The notes under the pieces: model-generated
What the model was told of the DNA's origin: nothing
Databases searched by the model: none
What the model saw: only the letters and a program-made list of their open reading frames with translations
Assembly: GCA_963793425.1 (NCBI GenBank)
Contig: CAWCAG010000009.1
Location: 992,001-1,056,000, forward strand
DNA: 64,000 nt
Reading direction: 5' to 3'
DNA from: an uncultured cyanobacterium
GTDB taxonomy: Bacteria > Cyanobacteriota > Cyanobacteriia > Cyanobacteriales > CAWCAG01
Part shown: positions 29,863 to 40,859 of the stretch, piece after piece
Layout: every line of letters begins with the position of its first letter
Numbering within the stretch: the stretch's first letter is position 1
Position numbers and translations under genes: made by a program

Positions 29863-31440
29863 TTATTCCCCATTGCCTTCTTGAGAAAGCAATCGACCAA
29901 TGGTACGATTTTCTGGGGTAAAGGTTGCTTGAGAAACTCTTTGCACATCTGCTGCATTTACTGTTGCGATCGCCTCTAATTGTTTAAAAAGGTTGCGCCA
30001 GTCTCCGGTGAGGACTTCATACTTAACTAATAACTGCCCCATACCAATATTAGAATCGAGGGAACGCAATAATTCTGCCCTGGCTTGGGTTTTTACCCGA
30101 TTTAACTCTTGGAGGGAAACTGGTTCTGTTTTCAGCCGTTTAATTTCTACTTCCAAAGCTTTAGCCACATCTTCAACGCTACTGTTCGGAGCAGTGAGGG
30201 CATAAAAAAGCATGAGGTTAGGATATTTTTCTCCAGGAAAACCACTCAATCCTTGGGCGGTTAAAGCGACTTGCTTTTCTTCTACTAAAGATTTGTAGAG
30301 GCGAGAAGTTCTACCATCACTAAGTAAGCGAGAAATTATTTCATAGACAGCATGATCGGGGTGGTTAATGGAAGGGCGATGATAGCCTTCAAGATACCAA
30401 GGTTGAGAATTTAACTCTAGGGTAACTTCCTTAGTTTGGGTTTGAGATGGCTCTACCTTTGTCACTTCCGGAGGTTGGGCTTTAGCGGGGTAACGCCCAA
30501 AATAAACCTCGCTTAACTCCTTAACTTCTTGAGGATCTATATCACCAACAATAGCTACGGTTAAGTTATTAGGGGCGTAATGGGTGGTAAAAAACTCTTC
30601 AACATTACCCCGTTCTAAATTGCGAATATCTTCGTCGTAGCCGATTACAGGACGCTTGTAGGGATGAACTTCGTAGGCGGTATCGAGAAACTCTTCAATC
30701 ATTTTACCCACCGGAGAGTTATCTGTTCGTAACCGACGCTCTTCTAATATGACTTCTTTTTCTTTATAAAATTCCCTAAATACCGGATCAAGGAAGCGTT
30801 CCGACTCCAAAGCCATCCATAATTCTATTTTATTGGCAGGTAAGCTATAAAAATAAATTGTATAATCCGCTGAAGTAGCCGCATTTAAGCCTTCTCCTCC
30901 AGATGTTTCGACAATTTGGCCAAATTCATTTTGTTTGGCATATTTAGTAGCTTCGGTTTCAACTTCAGCAAACTTTGCTTGTAGTTGGGCTACTTTAGCT
31001 TCATCCCCCGCCTCTTTTGCTGCTTTGATTTCCTCAAATAAGCGATCTAATTCTTCTAAAAGAGGCTTTTCCGCTTCGTAATTATTTGTACCAATGCGCC
31101 TTGTACCTTTGAAAGCTAAGTGTTCCAGGAAATGAGCTACCCCTGTTTTACCATCAGGTTCATTAGCCCCCCCCACATCAGCATAGGTAACAAAAGAAAC
31201 AATCGGGGCTTTGTCCCTCTTTAAGAGTATGAACTTCATACCATTATCTAGTTCATATTCTGTAACTTGTTCTACAACCCGATCTAAATAAGGCTGAATT
31301 GAACTTGGAGTTTCTGTGGGGGTTTGCGCCAAAGCAACGTTGGGTAAAAAGCTCCCCACTAACATAATTGAAGAGCAAAAACTGATTAACTTATAATTCC
31401 AGCTATTGCGTCGAAAACAATCTTTCAATATTTTCTGCAT
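29863..31440 (-). CDS. M16 zinc peptidase, catalytic subunit
   Basis: GVAHFLEHLAFKGT, NAATSAD and EERR motifs. Confidence 0.93.
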   Translation of the reverse strand: MQKILKDCFRRNSWNYKLISFCSSIMLVGSFLPNVALAQTPTETPSSIQPYLDRVVEQVTEYELDNGMKFILLKRDKAPIVSFVTYADVGGANEPDGKTGVAHFLEHLAFKGTRRIGTNNYEAEKPLLEELDRLFEEIKAAKEAGDEAKVAQLQAKFAEVETEATKYAKQNEFGQIVETSGGEGLNAATSADYTIYFYSLPANKIELWMALESERFLDPVFREFYKEKEVILEERRLRTDNSPVGKMIEEFLDTAYEVHPYKRPVIGYDEDIRNLERGNVEEFFTTHYAPNNLTVAIVGDIDPQEVKELSEVYFGRYPAKAQPPEVTKVEPSQTQTKEVTLELNSQPWYLEGYHRPSINHPDHAVYEIISRLLSDGRTSRLYKSLVEEKQVALTAQGLSGFPGEKYPNLMLFYALTAPNSSVEDVAKALEVEIKRLKTEPVSLQELNRVKTQARAELLRSLDSNIGMGQLLVKYEVLTGDWRNLFKQLEAIATVNAADVQRVSQATFTPENRTIGRLLSQEGNGE

Positions 31441-31643
31441 ACTTTTAGGCTCTAGTACCGATTTATTTTAGCAAGGTGATTAGAATAAAATCCTTGCTTT
31501 AAGCTAAAAAGGGTAAGACCTTATGACACAAAATAGGCTATAACTGTTTCTCTTAACGATCTGTGAAGCTTTGATCTTGATTAGGGCTTCTTGTTAGAAA
31601 ATAACTCTACGGTTTTCAAGCCAATTTAATAAGTAAAAATGCT

Positions 31644-32276
31644 ATGCGAGTTTTTAGTCAGCGTTCCGTTGGAAAAGTAACCAGTAACTCAGAAGAAGAT
31701 ACCCGTAGTCGTATCTTAAAAGCTGCCTTACCTTTATTTGCCCGTCAAGGTTACGACGGCACAACTACTAAAGATTTAGCTACGGGTGCAAAGGTGGCAG
31801 AAGGGACGCTGTTTCGTCATTTTGCTAACAAAAAAGCTATCTTAATTGAAGTGGCAACCCAGGGTTGGATAGAAATTCTCACTGACTTACTGACAGAATT
31901 AAGTGAAATGGGTAGTTACAAAGCTGTTGCCCAAGTTATGCGTCGGCGTATGTTTCGCATGAAGGAAAATAGCGATATGATGCGCGTTTGCTTCACCGAA
32001 GCGCAGTTTCACCCGGAATTGCAAGAAAAGATTCAATCAGAGGTGATTGAAAAGATGACGGATGTAGCGGAAGCATTTTTCCAAACTGCTATGGATCGGG
32101 GCATCTATCGCCGTACCAATCCTAAAATTGTTGCCCAAGTGTTTTTAGGTATGTTTGCGATCGCCGGTTTTTCAGAAAATACAATTATTAACCCTGATGC
32201 TTCCCCTCAAGCGATGCAAGAAATGGCCGAAGGTATTGCAGATATTTTTCTCCATGGAGTTTTAGTGAAAGAATAG
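31644..32276 (+). CDS. TetR/AcrR-family regulator
   Basis: HTH: ILKAALPLFARQGYDGTTTKDLA...GTLFRHFANK. Confidence 0.93.
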   Translation: MRVFSQRSVGKVTSNSEEDTRSRILKAALPLFARQGYDGTTTKDLATGAKVAEGTLFRHFANKKAILIEVATQGWIEILTDLLTELSEMGSYKAVAQVMRRRMFRMKENSDMMRVCFTEAQFHPELQEKIQSEVIEKMTDVAEAFFQTAMDRGIYRRTNPKIVAQVFLGMFAIAGFSENTIINPDASPQAMQEMAEGIADIFLHGVLVKE

Positions 32277-32389
32277 GTATCTTTAAGTGATAGATAATAG
32301 GCTATATTTAGTTTGAATGATTGGCTATGGCACTTTTAGATAGCAGCGTTTAATAAATTAGACATCTGTAAAACTGGAAAGTATTTTAG

Positions 32390-33715
32390 TTATGAACCTT
32401 CATTTAAACGCCTCTGCCACTCCGCATCAATTTTGTCGGCTTGTTCTAAATCTTGCTCTAATAAATCCTTTTCGGTAGAATAGGCAAGATCGTTTTGGGT
32501 GATAGCTTTGTTGGCAGCAAATTTACGAGCAAAGGCTAGTTTCTTTTGCAATTGAGGAGTTGCTTCATTTAAGGCGATCGCCAGTTCTTGGCGTTGGAGA
32601 GAACGCTTTTCAATGCGGCTATTTTTCCTTTGCAGCAAGAAGTAGCGAATTAAGGGTATGCCCAAGAAGGCGATTCCATAGCCGAGTAGGAACCAATAAA
32701 TTGAGTTAACGAAGGCGATTAAACCAATAGATTGAATGGCTAAATCAGGACTACGCAACATTGAACCCAAAACTAAAGCGAGGATGAAATTAGCTGATCC
32801 CAAAATCACTGCAAACATAGTTTGGCCGCTGGTTGCCTTGCTGAAACGCCAAGGTAATTCTTTTAAGTAAGAGGAGACAGATTTTTGTTTTTGCTTAGAG
32901 GCACTCACCTGTAATTCTGGGAAGTGGTAGATGATGCCACCTTGGGGAGATACTTCCGGATAGCCATTGAAACGGGCTAACACTGGAAGCAGATATTCTT
33001 CGTATTCGTAGGCGTTGCTATTTTTGTCTAAATCGTCCATGTAAGGGGCAATTTGTTCAGCAATTACTGCACCCCCGTTATTACGAATAGTTACCCCAAT
33101 ATCATGCCAGCGTCTTTCTTCTAGATTCCAATTAGGATCACCATCCCCAAACAGAAAAGAAAAGATTGCTTCTAAGAAAGACATCTTCGGTTTTTCTGAG
33201 GAACCTTTGTGGCGAGGCTGCCTCTGGTAATAGGAATTGTAACCCGGATTAAACCACCAGAAAATATCTGGCCCAAACCAAAAACGAGGTAGATAGAAAA
33301 AGTTAAAACTACCGCCGCTAGAACGATTATCCCCATCATCGCCATCGCGGGAACTGTTCATGGCAATAAAAATAACGACAATTGCCGCTAACATCAGAAT
33401 AATAGAAAGAATGAGGACAATACCAAAAGAAATGCGGAGTAAGTAAAATAAGGTTTTGCTAACCTTTTGCCACCATTGCTTAAACCGCAACTGCCAATAT
33501 TTGTTATTGAGAATAGAACGAAAGTTTTTCGGAAATTCGTAGGCAATATCTCCTGACTCTGCTACTTGTAAATGTCCCCCAGCATCGGAGGCTAAAGCAA
33601 GTAATCCTTGCTGAGTTTCATTAAGTTCTAAACCAATATTCGCAGCCACATCACCGACAGTTACTCGGTAATTTAACTGTTCAATTGCTTGCATTATGGC
33701 AGGATTATGGGCCAT
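32390..33715 (-). CDS. Conserved membrane protein of unknown function
   Basis: 441-aa ORF; RVTVGDVAA and FSFLFGDGDPN motifs; TM segments. Confidence 0.8.
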   Translation of the reverse strand: MAHNPAIMQAIEQLNYRVTVGDVAANIGLELNETQQGLLALASDAGGHLQVAESGDIAYEFPKNFRSILNNKYWQLRFKQWWQKVSKTLFYLLRISFGIVLILSIILMLAAIVVIFIAMNSSRDGDDGDNRSSGGSFNFFYLPRFWFGPDIFWWFNPGYNSYYQRQPRHKGSSEKPKMSFLEAIFSFLFGDGDPNWNLEERRWHDIGVTIRNNGGAVIAEQIAPYMDDLDKNSNAYEYEEYLLPVLARFNGYPEVSPQGGIIYHFPELQVSASKQKQKSVSSYLKELPWRFSKATSGQTMFAVILGSANFILALVLGSMLRSPDLAIQSIGLIAFVNSIYWFLLGYGIAFLGIPLIRYFLLQRKNSRIEKRSLQRQELAIALNEATPQLQKKLAFARKFAANKAITQNDLAYSTEKDLLEQDLEQADKIDAEWQRRLNEGS

Positions 33716-33974
33716 ATCCTTACCTCTATTTATTAAGTTCTTGTTTACTATTATAAAAGCTCAGAGATTTACGGGATTTCCACAAAAGGGTTGGTAATGT
33801 TATCCTAAATAATCATCTTTCAAACACTATAAGTGTGTTTGTTTAACATCCTGGTCAAGACTTAATTCAAAATCATCTCTAAATAGCTACAGTTCTTTAT
33901 TAAAAGTAGAATGATGCAAGTTGCCAGAAAAAGTCTTGGTTTCCTATTGTGGTGGATGGATATAGTGAGGAATT

Positions 33975-34256
33975 ATGTTCCTCACTATATCTTCATTCTA
34001 CTACACTTCTCCAGCCCTAGCCCAACCCATAACCCCAGCCAGTGATGGTACAGGAACATTAGTTGATATTAATGGCAATCAATTTAATATTACTGGCGGT
34101 TCTTTTTCTGGTGACGGGAGAAATTTATTTCATAGTTTTCAACAATTTGGCTTAAATGCTAATCAAGTTGCTAACTTTCTTACTAATCCCCAGGTTGCCA
34201 ATGTTTTAGGTAGGGTGGTGGGGGGAGATGCTTCGGTTATTAATGGTTTAATCCAG
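33975..34256 (+). pseudogene. Filamentous haemagglutinin (TPS) N-terminal domain, truncated by IS
   Basis: [13 protein letters not shown]...[11 protein letters not shown]...[18 protein letters not shown], then joins the IS end. Confidence 0.85.
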
Positions 34257-34600
34257 CAGGACTTACGCAAAAGACATAGAAATAGAGGGTGACTTTAATT
34301 GAGCAATAAGATGGCCAGAAAGTAATTCATGCTTAATCTGGTAAACAGTTTTACCTGTATCATAGGCAACTTGTTTGAGTCTGAGCCAAACTAAAATAGC
34401 GCAGTTAATGTGGTTTCTTTGAATCCTTGCTTGGCGACACTGACAAGATTCAATACCTGTGAGTTGCTTCACTTCTCGATGAAACTCCTCAATCTTCCAA
34501 CGGATGCCGCACTCGAAAAGCACCGCATCAGTGGAGTTTTGAGCTATGTTGTTAGTCACCACATAGTCCGTCCTATTGGTAGAAATAGGTACTCGCATGG
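34257..34600 (-). mobile_element. IS701-like DDE transposase remnant with one terminal repeat
   Basis: DYVVTN...RWKIEEFHREVKQLTGIESCQCR; stop codon lies within the terminal CAGGACTTACGCA. Confidence 0.8.
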
Positions 34601-34646
34601 GGTTTCAGGCAAATAAAAGTATAAATTGTTTAGTGCTTACTTTTTA

Positions 34647-34690
34647 GTATTGTTTTATACTTTTGCTTTGACAACAAGGTGATATAAAAT
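34647..34690 (+). promoter_or_regulatory. NtcA-activated promoter
   Basis: GTATTGTTTTATAC (GTA-N8-TAC) at 34647-34660; TAAAAT 24 nt downstream. Confidence 0.65.
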
Positions 34691-34707
34691 GTAGCTAAAG
34701 TAATTTT

Positions 34708-34870
34708 AACAATAGCTTCTAGGGTTCCGATTTTCGAGAAAGTCTCTCTTAAATGCCTGGTCCAAGAGAAGCAGGTTATTAACTAAATATAGTTAGTAAT
34801 CCCACGGAGGGAGAAAAGCCCGGGAGATTTGGCGAAAGTAGAAAATCGTCAACTCTGGGGCTTTTTCCCA
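34708..34870 (+). promoter_or_regulatory. Guanidine-I (ykkC-yxkD) riboswitch with terminator
   Basis: CTAGGGTTCCG...TGGTCCAAGAG...CACGGAGGGAGAAAAGCCCGGGAG, an overlapping hairpin ending GGGGCTTTTT, and a downstream guanidine hydrolase. Confidence 0.9.
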
Positions 34871-34908
34871 TTTTTATTAACAACATCTAGGGTTATTTGA
34901 GTAAATTA

Positions 34909-36081
34909 ATGAGTGAACAGTTACCGTTTGAACCGCCTAATAGTGAAGCCCAAAGGGCGTTAAACAAAGAACAACAGATTCCCTTAACAGGTTGGCAACA
35001 AGAAGTTGATCAGGGCTTGGAATATGGCTTAGAAGCCGCAGAGAGTATCCGCGATCGCACCATTCCCACCTTTTCGCGGGGAGAACTACCCCATTATGCC
35101 GGAATTAACACTTTCCTCAAAGCCCCTTATTTAGAAGATATACGCAAAGTGGGAGAATATGATGTAGCTATTATCGGTGTTCCCCACGACTCTGGAACCA
35201 CCTACCGTCCCGGTACTCGCTTCGGCCCCCAAGGTATCCGCCGCATCAGCGCCCTCTACACTACCTACAACTTCGAGTTGGGGGTTGATTTGCGGGAACA
35301 AATTACCCTTTGCGATGTAGGGGATATTTTCACCATCCCCGCCAACAACGAAAAGTCTTTTGACCAAATCAGCAAAGGGGTTGCCCATGTTTTCAACTCC
35401 GGTGCTTTTCCGATCATTTTAGGGGGGGATCATTCGATTGGTTTCCCTACAGTTAGGGCAGTTTGCCGTCATTTAGGAGATAAAAAAGTGGGTATCATCC
35501 ACTTTGATCGTCATGCTGACACCCAAGAAACGGATCTTGATGAACGGATGCACACCTGTCCTTGGTTTCATGCCACTAATATGGAAAATGCACCTGCTAA
35601 AAATCTTGTACAAATGGGCATCGGTGGTTGGCAAGTTCCTCGCCAAGGGGTTAAAGTTTGCCGGGAAAGGACGACAAACATTCTCACGGTAACAGACATT
35701 ACCGAAATGGGCTTAGATGCAGCAGCAGACTGGGCTATAGAAAGGGCAACAGACGGAACTGATTGCGTTTGGATTAGCTTTGATATTGATTGCATTGATG
35801 CAGGCTTTGTTCCTGGTACAGGCTGGCCTGAACCAGGGGGCTTGCTACCTCGCGAAGTCTTGCATTTACTAAAAAGAATTGTGCAAAATACCACAGTCTG
35901 CGGTTTAGAAGTGGTAGAAGTTTCTCCTCCCTACGATGTTAGTGATATGACTGCATTGATGGCAACCCGCGTTATCTGCGACACCATGGCTCATTTAGTA
36001 ATATCAGGACAATTACCCCGTATAGAAAAGCCTGCTTACATTCATCCAGCCTCAGAACCTAAAATGGTTCAGTGGGAGTAG
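34909..36081 (+). CDS. gdmH: Guanidine hydrolase (arginase/agmatinase family)
   Basis: GGDHS, HFDRHAD, SFDIDCID and PGTGWPEPGG motifs; riboswitch context. Confidence 0.88.
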   Translation: MSEQLPFEPPNSEAQRALNKEQQIPLTGWQQEVDQGLEYGLEAAESIRDRTIPTFSRGELPHYAGINTFLKAPYLEDIRKVGEYDVAIIGVPHDSGTTYRPGTRFGPQGIRRISALYTTYNFELGVDLREQITLCDVGDIFTIPANNEKSFDQISKGVAHVFNSGAFPIILGGDHSIGFPTVRAVCRHLGDKKVGIIHFDRHADTQETDLDERMHTCPWFHATNMENAPAKNLVQMGIGGWQVPRQGVKVCRERTTNILTVTDITEMGLDAAADWAIERATDGTDCVWISFDIDCIDAGFVPGTGWPEPGGLLPREVLHLLKRIVQNTTVCGLEVVEVSPPYDVSDMTALMATRVICDTMAHLVISGQLPRIEKPAYIHPASEPKMVQWE

Positions 36082-36104
36082 GTAATGGGTAATGGAATAT
36101 TTTG

Positions 36105-36496
36105 TTGATTCTGGTTATAAAACCCAAGCTTTGGATACTATTATCGAAGCTGAACTAATTCAGTTTGAATTGCGGCGAAGAATGCCTTTAAGCAAGAGAG
36201 TTTCCTTTCTCCTTACCATCTTTTGTTAGTCAACCAGGCTATTAACTGTAGAGTGATTTATCCTAATGATAGTCGGGATCTTTATTTTTCAATTTGTTCT
36301 GCTGAAGATATAGTATTGCAAAAATTGATTTGGTATACAATTGCTGGCAATAAATCTTATAAACTAATGACGGGATATTTTAGGGGTGTTAAAACTTCAG
36401 GGAGAACAACTAGATTTTGATTATCTTTAGCGGTGGGGAGATAGATTAAAACTATTAAAGGAATTAAATAGAGGGTTTACTGAAGCAGGATTATAA
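36105..36496 (+). pseudogene. Degraded nucleotidyltransferase-like gene
   Basis: SAEDIVLQKLIWY, then a shifted frame *RDILGVLKLQGEQLDFDYL*RWGDRL...EAGL* with internal stops. Confidence 0.6.
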
Positions 36497-36537
36497 AGAG
36501 CTAAAAGTTATGATAAATGTTCAATGTTGAATGATAA

Positions 36538-37398
36538 ATGAAATTACTGCCACCATTTTTACTACTAGATAGATTATTACAAGAATGGTTATTAGAGGAT
36601 ATTGGTAGAGGCGATCGCACTACCCAAAGTTTAATTGCTAGTTCTCAAACTGTTAAAGCCCAATGGATTGCTAAAGAAGCTGGAGTGATTGCCGGGTTGC
36701 CCGTGGCAGCCAGGGTTTTTCAATTACTTAACAACAAGGTAAACTTTACTGCTACAGTGGCAGAGGGTGAGTATTGCGATTTATCTAGCCAAGATAAACC
36801 AGTTATTGCTACCATTGAGGGGCCTTTTGATGCACTTTTAATGGGAGAAAGAGTTGCTATAAATTTAGCGATGCGATTAAGCGGTATTGCAACCATGACT
36901 CAGAAATATGTAGCTGAAATTGCTGATTTACCAACTCAATTTGTTGATACTCGCAAGACAACACCAGGATTAAGATTGCTAGAAAAGTATGCTACTCAGG
37001 TAGGGGGTGGTGTTAACCAACGTTTAGGGTTAGATGATAGTGTCATTATTAAAGACAATCATATTGCTGTGGCAGGGGGAGTTGGTAAGGCAATAACTCA
37101 AGTTCGTTCTCATCTTCCTTATCCTCTTACTATTGAAGTTGAAACAGAGAATTTGGAGCAGGTGAAAGAAGTTTTAGAATATGAAATAGAGGCAATCATG
37201 TTAGATAATATGCCTGTGGAGATGATGAAACAAGCAGTGGCAATAATCAGAGATAAAAGCCCAAGAATTAAAATAGAAGCATCCGGTAACGTGACCCTAA
37301 AAACTATCCGCACCATAGCAAAAACGGGAATAGATTATATTTCTAGTAGTGCGCCCATTACTCGTTCAACTTGGTTAGATTTGAGTATGAGAATGTAA
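36538..37398 (+). CDS. nadC: Nicotinate-nucleotide diphosphorylase (carboxylating)
   Basis: EDIGRGD, DTRKTTPG, IKDNH, EVE, MLDN and EASG motifs. Confidence 0.96.
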   Translation: MKLLPPFLLLDRLLQEWLLEDIGRGDRTTQSLIASSQTVKAQWIAKEAGVIAGLPVAARVFQLLNNKVNFTATVAEGEYCDLSSQDKPVIATIEGPFDALLMGERVAINLAMRLSGIATMTQKYVAEIADLPTQFVDTRKTTPGLRLLEKYATQVGGGVNQRLGLDDSVIIKDNHIAVAGGVGKAITQVRSHLPYPLTIEVETENLEQVKEVLEYEIEAIMLDNMPVEMMKQAVAIIRDKSPRIKIEASGNVTLKTIRTIAKTGIDYISSSAPITRSTWLDLSMRM

Positions 37399-37508
37399 TC
37401 ATTTGCTAATGGCTAATCCAATTGAAATGTTTAATGTTTAATGTTTAATGTAGCCTACGGCAACGCATAGTCTAACGACAACGTTTACACGAACGCGAAG
37501 CGCCAACA

Positions 37509-38513
37509 ATGATCAATGAAAAGAGAAATCTTTATTTTCTTCTGCCTGGAACAACTAAAAAATTTGGTGGCGGTGGGCTTTGGGCAGAGATGAAAACCAT
37601 CAACTTAGCTAGGCAAATTTGTCAGGTACAAATTGTTACTTATCGGCAACGAGAAGATGATTACCCTTTTTTAACCGATGTTCTTGAAAAACCTAATTTA
37701 GAAGATAGTATTTTTGTGATTAGTTGGGGTTTTGATGTTCCTAATTTAGTAGCTAAACTTAAAAATTACAAGGTAGTTTATCATGCCCATAGCGCCAATT
37801 ATGGGTTCAATTTACCTGCTAATGTTCCCATCATTACCGTAAGCCGCAATACTATGGGTTATTGGGGACAAAAATCTCCTAATAGTTTAATTTACTATTT
37901 ACCTAATCAAATTGGAGATGAGTTTTCTAACCTCAACAAACCGAGAGATATTGATATTTTAGTACAAGTTCGTAAGTCTTCTGAGTATTTATTAACCCAG
38001 CTAGTTCCTGCTTTGCAATCCCGTTGCCATGTTCACCTTCTTGAAGGATTTGTAGAAGATTTAGCAGGATTATTTAATCGTAGTAAAGTTTATATTTATG
38101 ACTCCGCAGAATATTGGGCAACAAACGGAGTGACAGAGGGTTTTGGTTTGCCCCCATTAGAAGCCCTTGCTTGTGGTTGTCAGGTATTTTCTAGTGTGAA
38201 TAGTGCTTTAGCGGATTATCTTGATCCCGGCTTTAATTGCCACAAAATTGCTGGTTATTCTTTGGAATATGATCTGCAACGCATTCTTGCTGTAATTAAT
38301 TCCCTTCAACCCCAAGAATTACCAGAATCCTTTTGGTCTACATATCGTCGTGAAACTCTATTACAAAGGTTAGAAGTGATCCTCACAGAAATAAATCACT
38401 TTTTTGATCATAATCAAACTAAGCAAACAAAAATTCAAGGGCTAAGTAAGAGGCGTTTGCAAAAGTTGTGGTTACAACAAAAATTGGCTAAGTTACGTAA
38501 AAAGCTTAATTAG
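37509..38513 (+). CDS. Glycosyltransferase (GT4-like)
   Basis: EGFGLPPLEALACG motif. Confidence 0.85.
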   Translation: MINEKRNLYFLLPGTTKKFGGGGLWAEMKTINLARQICQVQIVTYRQREDDYPFLTDVLEKPNLEDSIFVISWGFDVPNLVAKLKNYKVVYHAHSANYGFNLPANVPIITVSRNTMGYWGQKSPNSLIYYLPNQIGDEFSNLNKPRDIDILVQVRKSSEYLLTQLVPALQSRCHVHLLEGFVEDLAGLFNRSKVYIYDSAEYWATNGVTEGFGLPPLEALACGCQVFSSVNSALADYLDPGFNCHKIAGYSLEYDLQRILAVINSLQPQELPESFWSTYRRETLLQRLEVILTEINHFFDHNQTKQTKIQGLSKRRLQKLWLQQKLAKLRKKLN

Positions 38514-38515
38514 TT

Positions 38516-38719
38516 TTAAATATCCTTTTGCTTAGGCTTAAAACGCCAATAATAAACTACATAAGCCAACGCTAAAAGTTGTACGGGAACAATAGTGAGA
38601 TAGTTCCTGATAATAGGATTGATTTCTAAGCTAGAGAAGGTTAAAAAATAGCCCATACCTAGCAAAGCAAAAAAGAATAGTAATAGTTTCCCATTCCTAT
38701 TAAAACTATTACTATTCAA
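38516..38719 (-). CDS. Small membrane protein
   Basis: Two TM helices; start overlaps the stop of the upstream permease. Confidence 0.6.
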   Translation of the reverse strand: MNSNSFNRNGKLLLFFFALLGMGYFLTFSSLEINPIIRNYLTIVPVQLLALAYVVYYWRFKPKQKDI

Positions 38720-39498
38720 CTAGAAGCGCTTGTATAGAAACGCAAAGCAAATCCCCAAAAAAGCTTAGAAACTGTCAATAAAATCAACGCCAAAATCCCA
38801 GCTCCCAAAAACCAAATTATTTCCCCTTTTCCTAACATAGCTTGGGCAGGAACAGTAGTTAAGAAAGCGACAGGAACCACAAAAGTAAAGAAGAGGCGAT
38901 ATATAGCAGGATAGGCTACTAAGGGATAACGTCCTGCTTCTAAGAAACCGCGCAATACTTCTGTTACATTATAAATTTTTACAAACCAAACACTAGTCGT
39001 TCCTAGCATAAACCAAAGACTATAAAGAATCATCAAGCCAAAAAGTAAAGGCACTAAACTCAATAAATAATCACCCCAAGATAAACCTAAACGTATCCCT
39101 GCATAAATAATAATTGCCCAACCAAACAATAAATCTGGTATGCCCCAAGGAGAAACCATTCTGGTTGAAAGCCAAAATTGACTGCTAATTGGCTTAAGGA
39201 GAATAAAGTCTAAAGTACCTTTTTCAACTTGCTTGACAATACGGTTAAGATTAGGTACTAAAAACGTGGTTGAAAAACCTTGTAAAATAGTAAAAACGCC
39301 CAAGACAATTAGGGACTCTTCCCAACTCCAACCTTCAAATTCATAACCAGTACGATAAAACAGAAAAAGACTAAATAAGTTCCCCGCCAAACTACCTAAA
39401 CTACTCAAAGCAGCAATCAAGAAATTGAGCCGATATTCTAACTCTGCTGCGGTCGCAGTTGCCCAAAACAACATCAGTACTTTAATATACCTGCCCAT
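38716..39498 (-). CDS. ABC-2 type permease (DUF990-like)
   Basis: EYRLNF, GTLDFILLKP and RYP motifs; C-terminal YTSASS. Confidence 0.88.
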   Translation of the reverse strand: MGRYIKVLMLFWATATAAELEYRLNFLIAALSSLGSLAGNLFSLFLFYRTGYEFEGWSWEESLIVLGVFTILQGFSTTFLVPNLNRIVKQVEKGTLDFILLKPISSQFWLSTRMVSPWGIPDLLFGWAIIIYAGIRLGLSWGDYLLSLVPLLFGLMILYSLWFMLGTTSVWFVKIYNVTEVLRGFLEAGRYPLVAYPAIYRLFFTFVVPVAFLTTVPAQAMLGKGEIIWFLGAGILALILLTVSKLFWGFALRFYTSASS

Positions 39499-39667
39499 TT
39501 ACCACCCCAACCATAGACTCGTATCTTAATTTTCACTATTTTCAGCGCAATTGTGTACCCGGTGCTGATATAAGATGGGACTATATGGAAACAAAATTAA
39601 ACTCATAGAGAAACTATATCTGTTTTCTCTCAAGTTTCGAGCAAAATTGTTAGGAGGAATAAATTTG

Positions 39668-40102
39668 ATGAAAAAATTGTTTAGTTTGCTAGCTGCACTC
39701 ATTCTTACAGTTAGCTCTTTTTGCCTATCAACTCAACAACCAGCCCAAGCCGTTGATTTAAGCGCTTTAACCCTGCAATCATCTTCGATTTTAGCAATGG
39801 ATCTAGACATCGAGCGTCGCAATCCTGCGGATGCCAAACTAGATAGTGATTATGGTCAAAAAATTGACCTAAACAATGCTAATGTACGTTCTTTTCGCGA
39901 TTTAAGGGGATTTTATCCTACTTTAGCTGCCAAAATCGCTCGCAATAGTCCCTATGATAAAGTAGAAGATGTTCTCAATATCCCTGGATTAAGTGAACGT
40001 TTAAAATCTCGTCTCCAAGCGAATTTAGATAAGTTCACTGTAACTAAGCCTTCTGATGCTTTTAATCAAGAAGCAAATCGCTTTAATAATGGGGAATATT
40101 AA
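39668..40102 (+). CDS. psbU: Photosystem II extrinsic protein PsbU
   Basis: KIDLNNANVRSF...GFYPTLA...PYDKVEDVLNIPGL; RBS AGGAGG before ATG 39668. Confidence 0.95.
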   Translation: MKKLFSLLAALILTVSSFCLSTQQPAQAVDLSALTLQSSSILAMDLDIERRNPADAKLDSDYGQKIDLNNANVRSFRDLRGFYPTLAAKIARNSPYDKVEDVLNIPGLSERLKSRLQANLDKFTVTKPSDAFNQEANRFNNGEY

Positions 40103-40244
40103 TCTTAAAGTTTAATTACCACAAATGTAATGAACTATTACAAAAATCTTTGGTGCTACTAAATTAATTAGCATTCAACACTAACCCATCCCCATATGAG
40201 GATGGGTTATTTAGTTTAATTGAAGTGTAATTGTAATACAATAA

Positions 40245-40598
<354 letters not shown>

Positions 40599-40732
40599 TT
40601 CATCGAGAAAAGTGATTATGTAACCACATTATGAGAATAAGTTTTCAAAGTTTATTATTCGCCCAACTCCTTGCCCAGAAAGGGTTTTCTTCTAACTATT
40701 GATAGATATAAGGAAAAAAAAGTACTATTTAC

Positions 40733-40761
40733 TTTACAAACAGTAACAAAGTTGTTAGTAT
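40733..40761 (+). promoter_or_regulatory. psbA promoter with HLR1 (RpaB)-like direct repeat
   Basis: -35 TTTACA, 17 bp, TGn-TAGTAT; TTTACAAA-CA-GTAACAAA overlaps the -35. Confidence 0.65.
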
Positions 40762-40859
40762 TAGTTCATAAGCAAGTTAAACAAACTTAAAAGTCTAAAC
40801 AACTGGAAAGTTAAATAAACTTCGCTTACATACATTTTTTTACGCAATTATACTGAACC

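Noticed and set aside
37450..37505. GCCTACGGCAACGC...CGCGAAGCGC possible RNA element
   Set aside because: It looks like a degenerate dispersed repeat, with no promoter or terminator support
40127..40141. NtcA-like site after psbU
   Set aside because: Spacing is GTA-N9-TAC rather than N8
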